This document shows, piece by piece, positions 1 through 15,000 of a stretch of 64,000 bases of DNA. Numbering within the stretch: position 1 is the first letter of the stretch; each line of letters begins with the position of its first letter. Location: assembly GCA_964035545.1 (NCBI GenBank), contig OZ037767.1, positions 30,396,628-30,460,627 on the forward strand. The letters are read 5' to 3'. The notes under the pieces are model-generated. The model did no database searches. It worked only from the letters and a program-made list of their open reading frames with translations, and had not been told where the DNA came from. The DNA comes from Bugula neritina. Lineage: Eukaryota; Animalia; Bryozoa. The translations under genes were made by a program, and so were the position numbers.

Positions 1-3000
1 CGGGTGGTGGAGATTGGACTCATTCTTTTATACACCTCCTTCCAGATTTCTGCAGGTAAGATTTTACTATAATAAGCTGTTAACAAATCATTACCTATAT
101 TTGATATTATGTGTGAATTTAATAAAGATAATTTATGGTGCTGTACTTGGGCTGTGAACGCAATAGTGGAATTTTTTAAACAGGGCAACATTTTTATAGT
201 GAGAAAAAATCCTTACGGAATGCTTCACGATGGTCAAGAGAAAGTGAAAACATAAAATAAAAAGTTCTATTTAAATTATTTTTTGACAATTTAAATAAAA
301 CTTGACAGAATTTGCTGAAATCAGCACAAGAATCTCGTAGAAGTCAAAACTTGGCTTTAAATGCTGCACTGCAGCAGCAGCTAATTGAAATGATCATGTA
401 ACGTACTAATGTGAATTATTGAATTTCTGTTAGCTTTCAGTTCTAAACATGGCCGGCACAGCTTCTAAATAGTGAGTGTGTTTAGCCCTAAAGGTTGTGC
501 GGCTAATAGAGAAGATGTTGAGCCAACATAGCCTCTGGTGGAATGAGAAATTTGGTCCTTATTAATTAGATGTAGTGTGTATTATTGGTAATAATTGCGT
601 GCCTGTGAGGAGCTTGTCTATCAGATATAATAATACATTATTCAGTAACAGCTACAATAATAAATGTAATTCTAGTGTAAGTGTGTGTATGTGTAACACT
701 TGGCTAAATTGAAACATTGTTTGAATAAGGTGCAGAGGGGTTGATATAGGAATTAATATATAGGAATTACTCCAGTAGTGATAACGGTAGCTAATGAAGT
801 GGTAGAGAAGATGAATTATTTGTTGCTGACTTAATGAAGCTAGAAGTCAATAAGTCAGCAGCCTTTAGAATTCATGTCAAGTGAAATGTCATCACTTGAC
901 ATTAGCAGTGTGTTGTGTAGAAATAGAAACCTTTGAAGCTGTTGTGTGGTTTGGTTGACTTTTTATGTCTTCTGGTGAATTGGTACATGTGTAACAAAGG
1001 GAACTGTATGTGCTCTCTTGCTTTGGTGTCCCTTAGAACTTGTTTATCTCAACTGCAGGCTACATTTCTAGTTCTTTCTAGAATGTTCTATTTTGTTTTA
1101 AGACCGGTTTGAGCCACGAAGCCCTGGAACTGTCAGGTAACGGATTAGGTCTTTTTGACCGATATGACAAGTGTCCTTGGTCAGGGCGGTGGTCACTGGG
1201 GTATGCAATTCAGCTTTGTATAGTTTAATGTCATCATTAGACTAATACCAGTTTTATAAACATTTATAAAAAAAATACCGCTCTCCTAAGAGATTTCAGT
1301 AATCACTCCATATAGATAGTTATATACTGCAACAGTCTTATACACTATAATCATTCCGTCTAACCAATACAACCCCAGTGCCGCCGTCAGCGTAACATGC
1401 GCCAGCCTTGCAAAACAGAAGGTGTATTTATTCAGTTAATATTTAAATGTTGAATATCTTGCTAAGATGCTTAATGCTGCCCACCTTCCCCTTAAAGCTG
1501 CTGCCTAAGTGAAATGATTAGTCAAACAATTAACTGTTGCCGAATTATTTGTGAAAACTACACGCTGAGTATATAATTTCATTCTGAAAATGCAGCTGGA
1601 AGCTTATCTTAGTTTCATAATCTACAAAACAGCTGCGTAATATTACGATCCTTCTTTGGGGTTGCTATGGATATTAATAATGGGATTTCTTACTTCGAAA
1701 CAACCAATACTGGAAAATATTTGGTACAAACTAATTTTATCCCATGTCATAATAAAATGCTACAAATGTGTCAATCATAAAACCAGAAGACCTGAGGATA
1801 TTATTGATACCATAAATTAGTACCTCGTAATTATATATCTAACAGAGATGTGCCAACTCTCTATTGTACTGTAACAGTGATACGAATTAATGTGTGTGGT
1901 GTGCTACATACTAGACTTGTTTGTTAGGGCTTCGTGTAAATTATCCAATTACTGTGTTTGAGTTTGTCACCAAACTCATTAAGTTGTGAGATTGAGTGTC
2001 CTTGTAATAAACATCTGCTGCCGCTGCTGCCACTACTGATACTAATTATAGACTGGCTTGTGTCAACTGCCAGTTATCAGTGAAATCCTACCACTGACCA
2101 GCAAATTGATAAAATGATTTTACCTTAATATCACAGTAGCTGCAGCATTCTATAACTTAGCAACAAAAGGTGCTTGTATTATATGAGGGGTTTGGTACTC
2201 CAACCTAAATTGAGGTTTAAATTGCTACATGGGATCTAAGGTTACACTAGATTGCTGACATTTCTTTCTCTAGTCAGTAATCATGCTAAAATTAGAACCT
2301 GCCATCTTCCGCATATAATGAAAGATCATTGCTAAAACTGAAATACAACATTGAACTTCTCAAATAACAAGTTTGGAGAATGAAAAGATTTAAACTTTCA
2401 TTTTGTTTTTAAAAAATAGTGATTTTTGTCTTCTTTGTTATTGAAAACAATTTCGGCATTTATAGATTGGCATACAATACACTTTAGTGTGATAAAGTCC
2501 AGGCAGCTCTAAATAATTAAGTGAAAATAATTTCCATAATTATCAGGTTAAAAAGAACAGCCCCCCATTTGGTAATAAAAATGTTTATTGCTAAATGAAA
2601 TATTTTAAATTTTAAATAGCTTTATATGCGATGATGTGTTTTTAAAAAATATTTTAAATATAACAATAGATAAAATCTGCATTTTGTATCCTTAAAGGTC
2701 AGCTAACAGAAAACGGACAACTCCTGACTAATCAAAGCTATTGTTCTACAATTAATACATCACTTCACTTTTTGCATGCATTATTTTACCTGCGGAGCAG
2801 AAATAAACCTGCAGCTACTTTGTAACTACAAGCTACTAATAAGCAATGTTATGATATCTCTGTATAGGTTATCTGTAATAATGCTATATTGTTGATAGTT
2901 TATTGAATTAAGGCCTATAATTATACAAACATCTAATTGGTTGTTAGCTCTATTGATGTGCCAACGTCTTTCATGCTTTTTCAATATAAAAACATATTGA

Positions 3001-6000
3001 AAACATATTTTTACACACTTAGTATAACTTATTCCCTACTACAGTTTAATGTAAACACATATAGAGGGAAAGTTTAGCACTAAGGAGGTGCCAAGGTTTC
3101 AAGAAGACATCTTGCAATGTTTATGCCTTGTAAAGTGTTCTTTCTGATAGCTAATAACTAGTTTTCAGGCTGTTTTAAGGTATTAATTTAGCAGAATCAG
3201 TATATTTAATCTCCCCAATCCAATCAGCTTGTAGACAATGCTGCCGGGCTGGTGGCTGACCCGCTGCCTTGTCAGCTGATAATTAGTAACATCAACACTG
3301 TCTTACTCATCTTTGTCTATATCTCCCCTTGTTTGTTATCAATAACTCTATAATCTGTACAACACAAGATTATTTTTTTAATTAATAATCAAAGGGTACA
3401 GAGTGCTGCCTAGTTCATCACCTGTATATTCGGCAGCGAACTCTCTTGTTTATGAGGGCAAGTACTTCCTTAGTTCACAGTTCAAACTCCATCACATCAT
3501 CAAATGGACTAATTTGAAGAGCACTTCTGAAAATGATGATGACCTTAGAGTAATTTTAGTGATTGTGGCAAATTCAAAGCAAGATCTCTTTGTGTACTCA
3601 AGCAGCCTTGTGCTGACATTTGCATTAAAAACATGAAAGCAATCATGTTCATTTCAACACTCATGTTAAATTATTAAACTCTATATTTACAAACTAAGAG
3701 ACATGAATTCGCTATATAAGAAACTTATTACAGGCAGAGTTTCAGTACCTTATAAACTGCTTGTATAGTATTAAAATCTATAATTAAACATTTCTTAGAA
3801 AGAAAGGCAGCACTATAGATTTAGGTCCTAAATTGTGCTTGACTACAAGAATGGGCTGGCAACATGGGGCCCCTTACAGACAGTCCTAAACAATTTTGCA
3901 ACTCAGGCTTTGTGTTATTACTAATTTTTCCTCTGATTCTAGCTTTTGGGATTATTTCTAAAATATTATTCCATTATATAATTATTTTATTATTTTGCCA
4001 GTGTTTGAGTTGCAAATTCACTACAATAGGTTTAATTATTTAATGGTTCATATAATATATAAGAATAGTTTTGCAGATTGAAGCAATAATACAAATAATA
4101 ATGCAAATAATACAAATAATAAAAACAATTATATTATGATGTCAGTAATAATAGAGCTTATATACTATGTGTATGTTTGGTGACAGCAACTATTAACAAG
4201 ATGGCCGACAACTAGTCACTGTTATGTAATGGGATGCTGTATAGGGTATGTCATACACGATATAGTATGGTGTCACTAGTCAGCTACAAATAGTATGTTA
4301 TATAGAAATGAAATAGTAAGTTACTGAGAAATAAAATAGGTTGGAATGACATTCTGAATTGCATGGGAAGAGGATTGTGGGATGCATTTTAGCAGACATT
4401 TTAGACACACAATGTGTTATTTCAAATCGGCAGAAATTAAGAGTATTAAAAGGTGCTTATCTACAAAACTAAACCTAATCTACCTCCTGACTTTATGCAA
4501 TGCAACAAAACAACCTAAAGTTGACATGTGATTTCTAAAGGGAAACAACTACAATGTTTATTACCAGTTTGATAACTGATTGATTTTCATAGATTATATT
4601 TGATTTATTTCCCGACAGCTTCAGCACATGTCAGTATATAAACATCAGGGGAGTTGATTCTTGCTGTGGCTGTTATATAGTAAATGTCCAGAAATTACTT
4701 CCATATTCAGTGTATAACAGATGACTTACTGTACATACTATACTAGCTACTTACTTACTATACCAACTTACAGCTGTACATACTATACCAAGGTACTAAG
4801 GTATATTATAGTTGAAAGGCAGAAGTCAGCTGTCTGTGTGGTACGCTGACATTTAGCATATATACCAGCAGAGCTAGTGTTACACTCAACAAATGATTTT
4901 CTTGCCCTACATACACTCTATTCTCTCATTATATTTTATTCATGTGCTTTCTTAACATTTGTTTATTATAATATGTAGAGCATATTCGTCCTCAACTCTA
5001 CATATAAAATGTACTTACTGCTATATATTGCTACACAATGCTACATAAATCTAAACTGAGTTAGCTATATCCTCTACTATCTCAATGAGTTTAATATATT
5101 AAACTGTATTATAATTTACAGTGTACCAGGATTGCCCGGATGTGATTATTACTAGCGAATATAATAAGACTGGCAACTTTTCATCTCCCCAGTATCCACA
5201 GGTTTGTATAATGAAGAACACGGGCTTCTGCCTTTTAATAAATATTTATTCAGTGCTGTTTGAAAATTAGCCAATTGTGTGAAAGAAAACAACGTACTGA
5301 AATATTAAAAAAATGAAGTATTAATGATCAGTGGGACAGCATCTGGGATCTTTTCCTTTCAGTATTAAAAGTCTGTTACTAAATGTAATCTTGTGCATTT
5401 TCTACTACTTCTAAAATATTTTATAGTATTTATAATGAGATAAAATCCTATTTTGCAGTTGTGCTCTAAAAAGATAGAATTGAATAACTTATGCATAGCT
5501 GTGACTACATTTCCTACAAAAAGAATTTCCAAAATGTAAATCAATGATTTGAAATAAATCCAAAAGCTTAAGTAATAGTACTTGTTGTGCATTTTGAAAG
5601 TTTCGTTTTGACAAATAGATATATAACTATTTAGTTAAATAAATATATAAATTTATAGATGTAGATCTATAGATATAGTTAAATGGATAATTCGATATAA
5701 AAGTATAGATACAACGATGAATTAATTATACATATTTAATGCAGTAACAATTTTCCTTTGTAGAATTATCCAGGTAACCTGAAGTGTTTAATAAAGTTTG
5801 TTGGAGGCCCGAATGAAAGAGTTCAGATAAATTTTACTGACTTCCGATTAGATGGATTTCCTAACGAGCTGATTGGAGTGTCTACAGGGTAAGACCAGAG
5901 GGCTCGTGCTTACACTCCTTGCTTCTTTAACCCTCACACTATTCTCTACACATTATTCTCTACACACTATTCTCTACACATTATTCTCTACACACTATTC

Positions 6001-9000
6001 TCTACACATTATTCTCTACACACTATTCTCTACACATTATTCTCTACACACTATTCTCTACACATTATTCTCTACACATTATTCTCTACACATTATTCTC
6101 TGCACATTATTCTCTACACATTATTCTCTACACATTATTCTCTACACATTATTCTCTACACATTATTCTTTACACATTATTCTCTACACATTATTCTCTA
6201 CACATCATTCTCTACACATTATTCTCTGCACATTATTCTCTACACATTATTCTCTGCACATTATTCTCTACACATTATTCTCTACACTTTTTTGCATATG
6301 CATGTCTACACACATTTGTGAAATTGTAAACATTTCGAGTAGATTTTAGCAATTAACTAACTTATGAATAAATATATAATAATATGTACATATAACATAT
6401 TATGCATGTATATTATATGTATGTATAGTATATTACATGTATGTATATTATATGTATGTATATTCCATGTACATATGCAATAGTGTTAGGTAGTTTATAG
6501 CATTTAAGTACTTCCAACACCTGCACACTTCAACGAGCAATAAATGAGTCAGCATATTGATTGTTCATAATAATACTTATAGATGCACCAACGACTACAT
6601 TGACATCTACACTGAAATAGAACATCCCGATCACGATATCTTGGAGTTGCCCCTTCAAGGGAGGTATTGTGGGAATGACATCACGAGGCTGCCACACTTG
6701 CTCATGTCTAGTAAACAAACGCTGATCATCACATTCGATTCGGATGACGACGGGAAAACCGCGAGAGGGTTCCTCGGAACTTATGAGTTTATAAGTGATG
6801 GTAAGTTGCTTCCCCTGTTTACTGAATTTCAACTCAGCAGCAAATAACTAAAAGAGTAAATTACTTCAGTGTTGGAAGCTGTGAGATTCCCAAACGCTAG
6901 CAACTCCCTGTTTCAGCTGACTTGTATTGAAGCATTTGCAATAGCTGAAAAAAATATTTGTACCATTTAATCACAAATGTACAAGAAAAAGGGCTTCCAT
7001 TAGAAATGCTTCCAGCTCCTGATGTGCTGAGGTGATTTTATTCCTGAGTTTATGTTAAGTTGGCATTTCTTTTTCACATTAACCTTCAACTACTTTGGTG
7101 AAAAGTGCCAGCTCTTTGTTTGGCATTTAACCTCTTCACCTGAGACAATCTCATTTCTGCATTAAGCATAGATGTCAATGATTAGGCTGTGAGCTTTATG
7201 TCTATTTCTAGGACTATCTGATTCATTAGACCCTGGGATAACTACATAATTGCTAGTACAGTCAATACAATACCTAGAATATGCATAAAAAACTACAACT
7301 ACTATCATGTTTACATGTCCGGCCAATATCTCTACATTTTCAACTTGTACAGTAATTATTTCTTATATGCTTTATGTGTGACATTTGAAATTTAGTTCAA
7401 CTAAATAAAAATGTTGTATATATAAGTTATTGTTTCACTAATTATTTTCCTAATTTAAAAAATTACAATGAATGATAAATAATGTTTGATACACACTACT
7501 TCTTTATTATTCAAAATGAGAAGAAATTGACAGGAAAAATACTCAACTATATAAAAGTATGAAGAGTCCCTGTTATATGCTATGATACTATAATATAGCT
7601 TTGTAATATATCACTTTATATAGCATATATATATATATATACTATATAGCATTGTAGCACATATAATATTGTAGCATATAACATTGTTGCATATATAGCT
7701 ATATTATACAGTTATATAATACATAGCAATTAAAAGTGCAATAATTCATAAAAGTAGAAATAGCTTAACAAGAGAAATCCTAAGCATTCAAACTGCAATA
7801 AGAAAATAACTTCAACTGCATTTTATTTGACATCAACAGTTGCCCAAAGTCTTGCATATTGCCACTAGTTAACATTACTTAGAAATTTCATTTAAAATTT
7901 AACCTCTATAAAACTGTTTATAAAACAAAATAAAATAGTTTATTCGGCAGCTTTCATCTTTCTCAAATTATTTCTAAATATTGAGTTTCATTTGTAGAGC
8001 CTTATAACATGGGAATCCCTGCTTCCTTTGGCTGTGGGTGGACAGTAAATGGAGAGGAAAAGAGCGAGGGGTATATCATGGCCCCCTACTATCCTGCAGT
8101 GTATCCTGATGGACTCAACTGCTATTACCAGTTACAGGGTGTCCCCGGACAAAGGATACGGCTGGAGTTCCTAGACTTTGATCTCTACTCTGGAGGTGAC
8201 CAGTAAGTAAAGAACTTAGGTTATGTGATTTACTTGTACTGAAGAATTTAGGCTACATGGTAGTAGCACCTTTCAGGCTCCAACTACCATATTTTTTCCC
8301 CAAAATTCATGGTATTAATTTACTTGTCAAATTATATTAACTTTTAACAACATATAGAAATGTTGTTTGCTGTTTGCTGTTCCATTAATTGCGATTTTGA
8401 GAATATTTCTATTTTTAAAATTTGATAATAATGCCAGCTTATGACATGAGTTGAAATTAAATTCCTTCAAGACTCGCACTGCACTATGGTCATGTTTGCT
8501 GACTTGTGAATCATTTTACACTATAAAGTGGATTAAATCCTATTTGTGACTGAGTCAGAGTGGCAGCAGCAGCAGCAGTAGCAGCAGCAGCAGTAACAGC
8601 AGCAACAGTGATTAATTTTTTTCATGTTAATAAACAGGCTGATAGGTTAATAACCCGATGAAGGGTACGTGTTTATAAGTGTTAGTAAATATTGATAGGG
8701 TTTAAATATTTAGTTTATTAAGATCCCCTTAAAGGTAAACTGAATTGACCTTAAATGTTGAAAGAGCAGCTCCCTGAAATAAGTGGATTGTGTTAGCAGC
8801 AGCAGGCTGTGTGGACATTATTTCTCCTCTACACTCTCCGCCCATTAGCATGTAGCACCAGGTGCACTGTGGGAAGGTATAGGAGTAAAATGTAAAAATA
8901 TAACAAGTAGAACTGCTGTAGCTCTGAGATATTACAGCTGCTGACTAAATTATTTACACTTCATAGAACACTATCTATACATTCTATACCACTATCTATA

Positions 9001-12000
9001 TATTATATACTACTGTCTATGCACTGTACTATTGTCTATACATTTCACAAATATTGTCTATACTTTTTATACCACTGTCTATACATTCCACACATGCTGT
9101 CTATACATTCTACACATGCTGTCTATACATTCCACACATGCTGTCTATACATTCCACACATGCTGTCTATACATTCCACACATGCTGTCTATACATTCCA
9201 CACATGCTGTCTATACATTCCACGCATGTTGTCCTACAGCTGCCCCTACGATGAGCTCCGGATACATGACGGCAGCACCAGTGCTGACCCTCTTATTGGC
9301 ATCTATTGCAACAGAATTGAAGGTCTAGTCTTGTACTCAACAGGTGAGGCTACTTTGTGTATATCCTATATGCTTCAAGTTTCAAAGTTGTCCCCTCGTA
9401 TACATCACTGCTTTATTGAAGTGAAATGGATAGCTTGATTAGGAGTTATCTTCTCTCATTAAGACCTGACTCATCACAATAATAGTTCATTTATGGAGCA
9501 CTTAAGTGGCATAAGTGAATTCAGGCAGCCGAAATCAGTAGATGCAGTAATAATGAAAACTAGAAATAATATTAAGCTGTGACTCGTAGTTGTACACTCT
9601 TTGTAGCTTCAATTGTCTCTTTGCAGGTCATGAAATGTATCTTCAGTTCAGAACGAGGGAGGGACGGCCCAGTATCGAGCCCGTGTGGGGTGACAAGGTT
9701 ATTACGATGAGTGGATTTAAGGCTAGATACACATTCAGTGATGAGTTTGTCAACTTGGGTGAGTGAGACTTTGCTGATTGTAGCAACTTATAAGAAATAT
9801 TTTGATATTTAACCTAGAGTTCTCATTTGGAGGTAAAGCACACTATTGGGATATACATTTTTCTGTTCAAAATCTTTAGATTCAATTACTCAAAATCAAT
9901 ATTTATAAACTTAATTAATAAGCTCTGCACAGTAATAAAAAGTTAGCATTACCCGAGACAGCTAGTTTCTAGCTTATTTATTTGATATTCTTTACCGCCA
10001 GTTGCTGTTCCATTAGCTAACTCCAGTTGAACTATCAATCATTAAATTAACCAATCATTTAATACATCGATCAACCATTCAACCTATAACCTTATTTTTA
10101 TGTTTAGACAAATATTTACATAGTGATATTTTCATGTCGAATGGAAAGAGCCTTCTACCACACAATGGCTTAAACTTTTAGCATTTACAAAATTCATAGA
10201 CAGAGTTATATTTTATAGCAAAGTATTTGCACACATGTTAATGAGCTATGAATAGGCAATTGATTTGGAATTGCCTCCCTCTGGTCTAATAAGCTAACAA
10301 GTTGAGCAGCTGCCACTGAACTGTTCACCTTAGCAGACGTGGCCAGACTGTCTCCAACCAGAAGCAGCTGTAAATGTCTTTATGTTGCATACTTCATTAC
10401 TAAATCCACTTCACAAGGTTGGCATTTGAAGGAAGCAAGTTCTGATGTTGGCTGTAGCAACAGTCCTTGACATATGTAGCCACTTTAATTTGACTTGTAA
10501 GGCAAATTCAGACATTTTTTTAAGTACACCAAGTTCTGTCTGTTACAATATTCTTTGCTGACTCTAATTATTTCAAGTCTTGGAACTTCAATTTCTCCGC
10601 AGACACAATGCTAGTAGTTTTATGTAGTACCAAAAGTTACGTAGTCTCTGAACACATCAATTTGAAATTAAAACTCACTAACTGTACTGAATAAAAGTCA
10701 ATAAGTTTATGAGATGAACATTGTGTAGTACAGAGGTTAATGTACAATTTTCCCAAGTAACAATAGCTTAATTATAATATTCCCTTTCGAGTTACGGGTG
10801 TATAGCTTGCTTTCAAAGTGAAGTTAGAACCTGCAACGTGTTGACTAGAGTTGTGACACCTTTGCTAACTAACTTTGACTTCCAAATTGTCATATCATTA
10901 ATAATTATAAGTGTTTGTAAAGTCAGTTACACTTACATAAAGTAGGATTGTAGGTTTATTCAAACTTAAAGGAAGAAGTAGAACTAATTTACTGAACACT
11001 AGTTAGGATATCTAAAGAGCTTGTCATTGGTTTGTAGGTTTCATAGTGGACGGCGAGCACGTGCAAGGATCAGAATGTGACGTCAGAATCAAGTCTCAAG
11101 GAGAATCTAGTGGAGTTATTGTCTCCCCCGGTTTTCCCAACTCTTCTCCCTCCAATACTACCTGTCATTACTTCATAGACGGTCTGATAGACCAGGATAA
11201 CCTTGAGAAGGTCGTCTTGACCTTTGAGGAAGCTTTTCTACCAGGATATCCAAACAGGTAATTCACAAGTTGTGTCTATGATTTGAATGAATTGAAGAAT
11301 GTCTAAATATTTGCTTCGATAGATAAAACATATTTTTATTTCATGAAACTTTTACTGACAGTTGGTTCTATAATTTAAAATATTATATGCATGTATAAAA
11401 ATGTGATATAACTGCAGGATGAAAGTATAAAATGACTCCATTACTAATTCAACACTTGCACTAAACATCTGTTCTTTGGCTTGTTTTTAGTATGAAAATA
11501 TAGTACGAATCTGAATAAATACCAATACTTATTTTATTTCAAATTAAAAAAAAGTTGATAAAATCATCTGTGCCTTAGTTTTGTGTAGATAAAATATGAT
11601 TTAGATAACTTGATATTGTATTGCAGTGTAAGTTTGTTGAGCAGCAGATAAATACATGTATGTGTTGTATATATAAACTGTTACACACATGTATCCACAC
11701 AGGTGCAAGGAGGGCTCTGCGTACGTAGCCACTTACCTCTACGGACAGAAAGCTACTACCAGCCGACCAGACCACTTCCTGTGTGACCTGGAGCTGCCAA
11801 AGATGCTGACTAGTCATGACCCCAGACTGACCTTGAAGTACACCACCAACAGCGTTCAACCAGGCGCAATGGTTGGATTTAAGGCTAAATACCAGTTCAC
11901 CATGGGTGAGTAGCCAATATTGCAAGCAGCTTGAAGTACCAAGTCTTGAATGGTTAAAAGATTTACTTCTGTAGTATTAGATTTGCATTAAGTTGTTTCA

Positions 12001-15000
12001 CATTGGAAGCTCATCATGTTGTCCCTATATCTATGTAGACTATGCAATAGAAGGAACCCCTGCTAATCCCATAGCCAGTTCAGACTGTCACTTCATATAC
12101 AGGAGTAGCTCAGATAAGTCTGGTAAACTCAACTCTCCCCGATACCCCAGTGCTTACCCCAATGACATCACGTGCACCTACGAGCTGGTGGCTCAACCCT
12201 ATGAGTTCATCATGATATCCTTTGATAAGTTTGACCTGGAGCCAAGCCCTGTCGGGTAAGTAGTTTGCAAACCTTTTGGAGGCCCAATGGTGAGTTTTTT
12301 GTGAAATGAGTTTAAAAGAACTCACTAGAATAAAATCCTGAGTTAAAATAAACAGTTTATGTAAAAGGCTGATATCATTTAAAAAATAAGTTTAAAAAGT
12401 CATTAAATTAAAAATATAAGTTTAAGTAAACAGTTTTATATCAAACAAGAATATTTTACTAAATAAACAAATGTTTTGTCAACTTATGTTTATGTTAAAA
12501 GCAGTTTGATAAAAGTTATTATATTTAGCTTAGGTAATCATAATAAACAAGTTTCATTAAGAAAATTCAAATGGTCAACTGTTTAGGCATGTCTATCTAT
12601 TCTAAATTGGTAAAAATCTTAAGGCTTACAAAACTAAAGATCTAGGTCTGTAAAAATTTAAATTTGTCTGCCCATGTACAACCATATTGCTTCAGCCTGT
12701 CAGGAGTTATTTTCTCTCTGAATTTAGAGATGAAAAATGCAGCAGAGACAGCATAAGCTCTGTCTCCATGATTCCCCAGCAAGGTAACACAACTCTGGAT
12801 ATTCAGATGGGTAAATACTGTGGCACGGCATACCCAGGCCCCATCGTTTCAGAGTGGCTTACAGAACGAATGATTTTAACATTCAGCTCCAACTCAGCTG
12901 TTACTGAACGAGGATTCAAGGCCAAATACGAGTTCATTTCTACTTTACAAAGATTTCGTGAGTTTGCTGTTTCCTGTTGCCTTTTCAAAACATTTCAAGC
13001 TTTAAAGTTTTCAAAAAATCGTTTCACTTGACCATATCTCATGATGAATTCGAAATGTTTTAGAATATTGTGGTGGAAATATCACAGAAGGAGGATCAGG
13101 AGAGATAACTCCACCAAACTACCCTTTGAAATATAATACAAAGACTGTGTGTGATTGGTACATATACAGGCGAAATCCAAGGGCGCAAATAAAAATCAAG
13201 TTCGAACATTTTGATATTGAAGGCACAATGGAAGGTAACTACCATAGAATTAATTTATTGAAAATACTACACGCAGCACACACACGGGTCACTAATTTAG
13301 CATAATACATAGCCATACTAAGTAGTATTTATATAGCACTTTTAGGCACAAAAAATAAAGTTGTTATACCTGAATATCATGATATGTATATTTATATTTG
13401 AACTAAATCAGAATAATTATATTGATGTATGCTGTACCACATCACAATGCGTCAGGTTGTATGGTTACTATTCATATTGTGATACTTCCACAGAGGGTTG
13501 TCAGGGAGCTGTACTCAGAATATACACTGCTGAGGAATATAAAGTAGACTATGAAGCCTGTGGCCAAGAAGCACCCAAGCAGCATATCATCTCTCAAAAT
13601 GGATTCATTAGAATAAAGTGAGCAAAACTTCCTGGCTTTTTGTAATAAGACTTAATGTTGGTGACTGATTTGAATTCTGTCATTTAAGCCTGGACATTTA
13701 TATAAGTTTCAAAAAGTGGTACACCAAACATGTCAACACAGTTAGGCCTATATTCTCATAAACATGTTAACACAGTTATATATTATCATAAACATGTTAA
13801 AACAACTTTTAAACATTGTCAAATAATTAAAATTTTATGAAACGCAGATTTGTGGTGGGCACAACTCTGAGGTAAGACTTTCTGTTGAGCTTGTTTTTGC
13901 TTTGCTCATTATTTCTAGTCTTTTATCTCTTTTGTTGGCTAAAACATGCTAGTCACGTGCAAAGCTATAGAGTATAGACTATAGTGTGCAGACTATAGAG
14001 TATAGACTATAGAGTATAGACTATAGAGTATAGACTATAGAGTATAGAGTATAGTGTGCAGACTATAGAGTATAGACTATAGAGTATAGACTATAGAGTA
14101 TAGACTATAGACTATAGACTACAGACTATAGAGTATAGAGTATAGACTATAGAGTATAGACTATAGAGTATAGACTACAGACTATAGACTACAGACTATA
14201 GAGTATAGAGTTATTACTAGCTACCTGTAAAATTATTGAGGAAACTTGATAAACTTATTTTGTTTGAAGCTGAGGTTTTGAAACAAGCCAGCAACTCAGA
14301 GTGGGTGTTGGTAGTAGGTTATACTAAACCATCCAAGAAACAGCTAACATTCAGCTAGTTTATTTCTGTTCACTTTAGTAAAGTATCATCTGTGCTTAAA
14401 GCAAGCAACATTTTCTTGTGCTTATATGACTAATTTAATCTAGCTTCGCTTAGCATTGCATTGCATAATTTATTTTCAAGTACCACACAGGGGAGATAAC
14501 TCTTTGTTTCTACTGATGCCTTTCAGAAAATAACTCCGGGGTTCATCAATAATAGAATGTTCTAAATAAATAACCATATGTTGTTTTTATTTCATTCTTG
14601 TGTTTGTAGATACATTAGTCCAAGTAAGACATATGGCAAGACTGGGTTCAAGGTCACGTGGACAGAGGTCATTCAAGGTTTGTCTTTATCTTCTGCAACC
14701 ACCTCACCACCTGTATTTCTCTTACATTTATTGAAGTAGATACATTTCACAAACTAAGTCCGTCTAGTAGATTTTGTAATCATGTGCATGGGATGTCTAT
14801 TGCAGACGTAGACAGCTGTCCATGGCATGTGTGTGCAGATGCACTACTATGCATTCCGGACACAGCTGTTTGCAACTCAAAGGAAGACTGCTTTGATGGC
14901 AGTGATGAGTTCACATGTATGTAACAGTGTCTCTCACGACACAATGAGTAGAAATAGTCTCTCTTTTAGATGATTTGATTCTTATATCTGTTTGCTATCA

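Noticed and set aside
5873-6349. 158-aa ORF (and ORFs 9019-9438, 9032-9328, 9054-9254)
   Set aside because: Periodic translations of intronic minisatellites; only 9240-9343 is a real exon.
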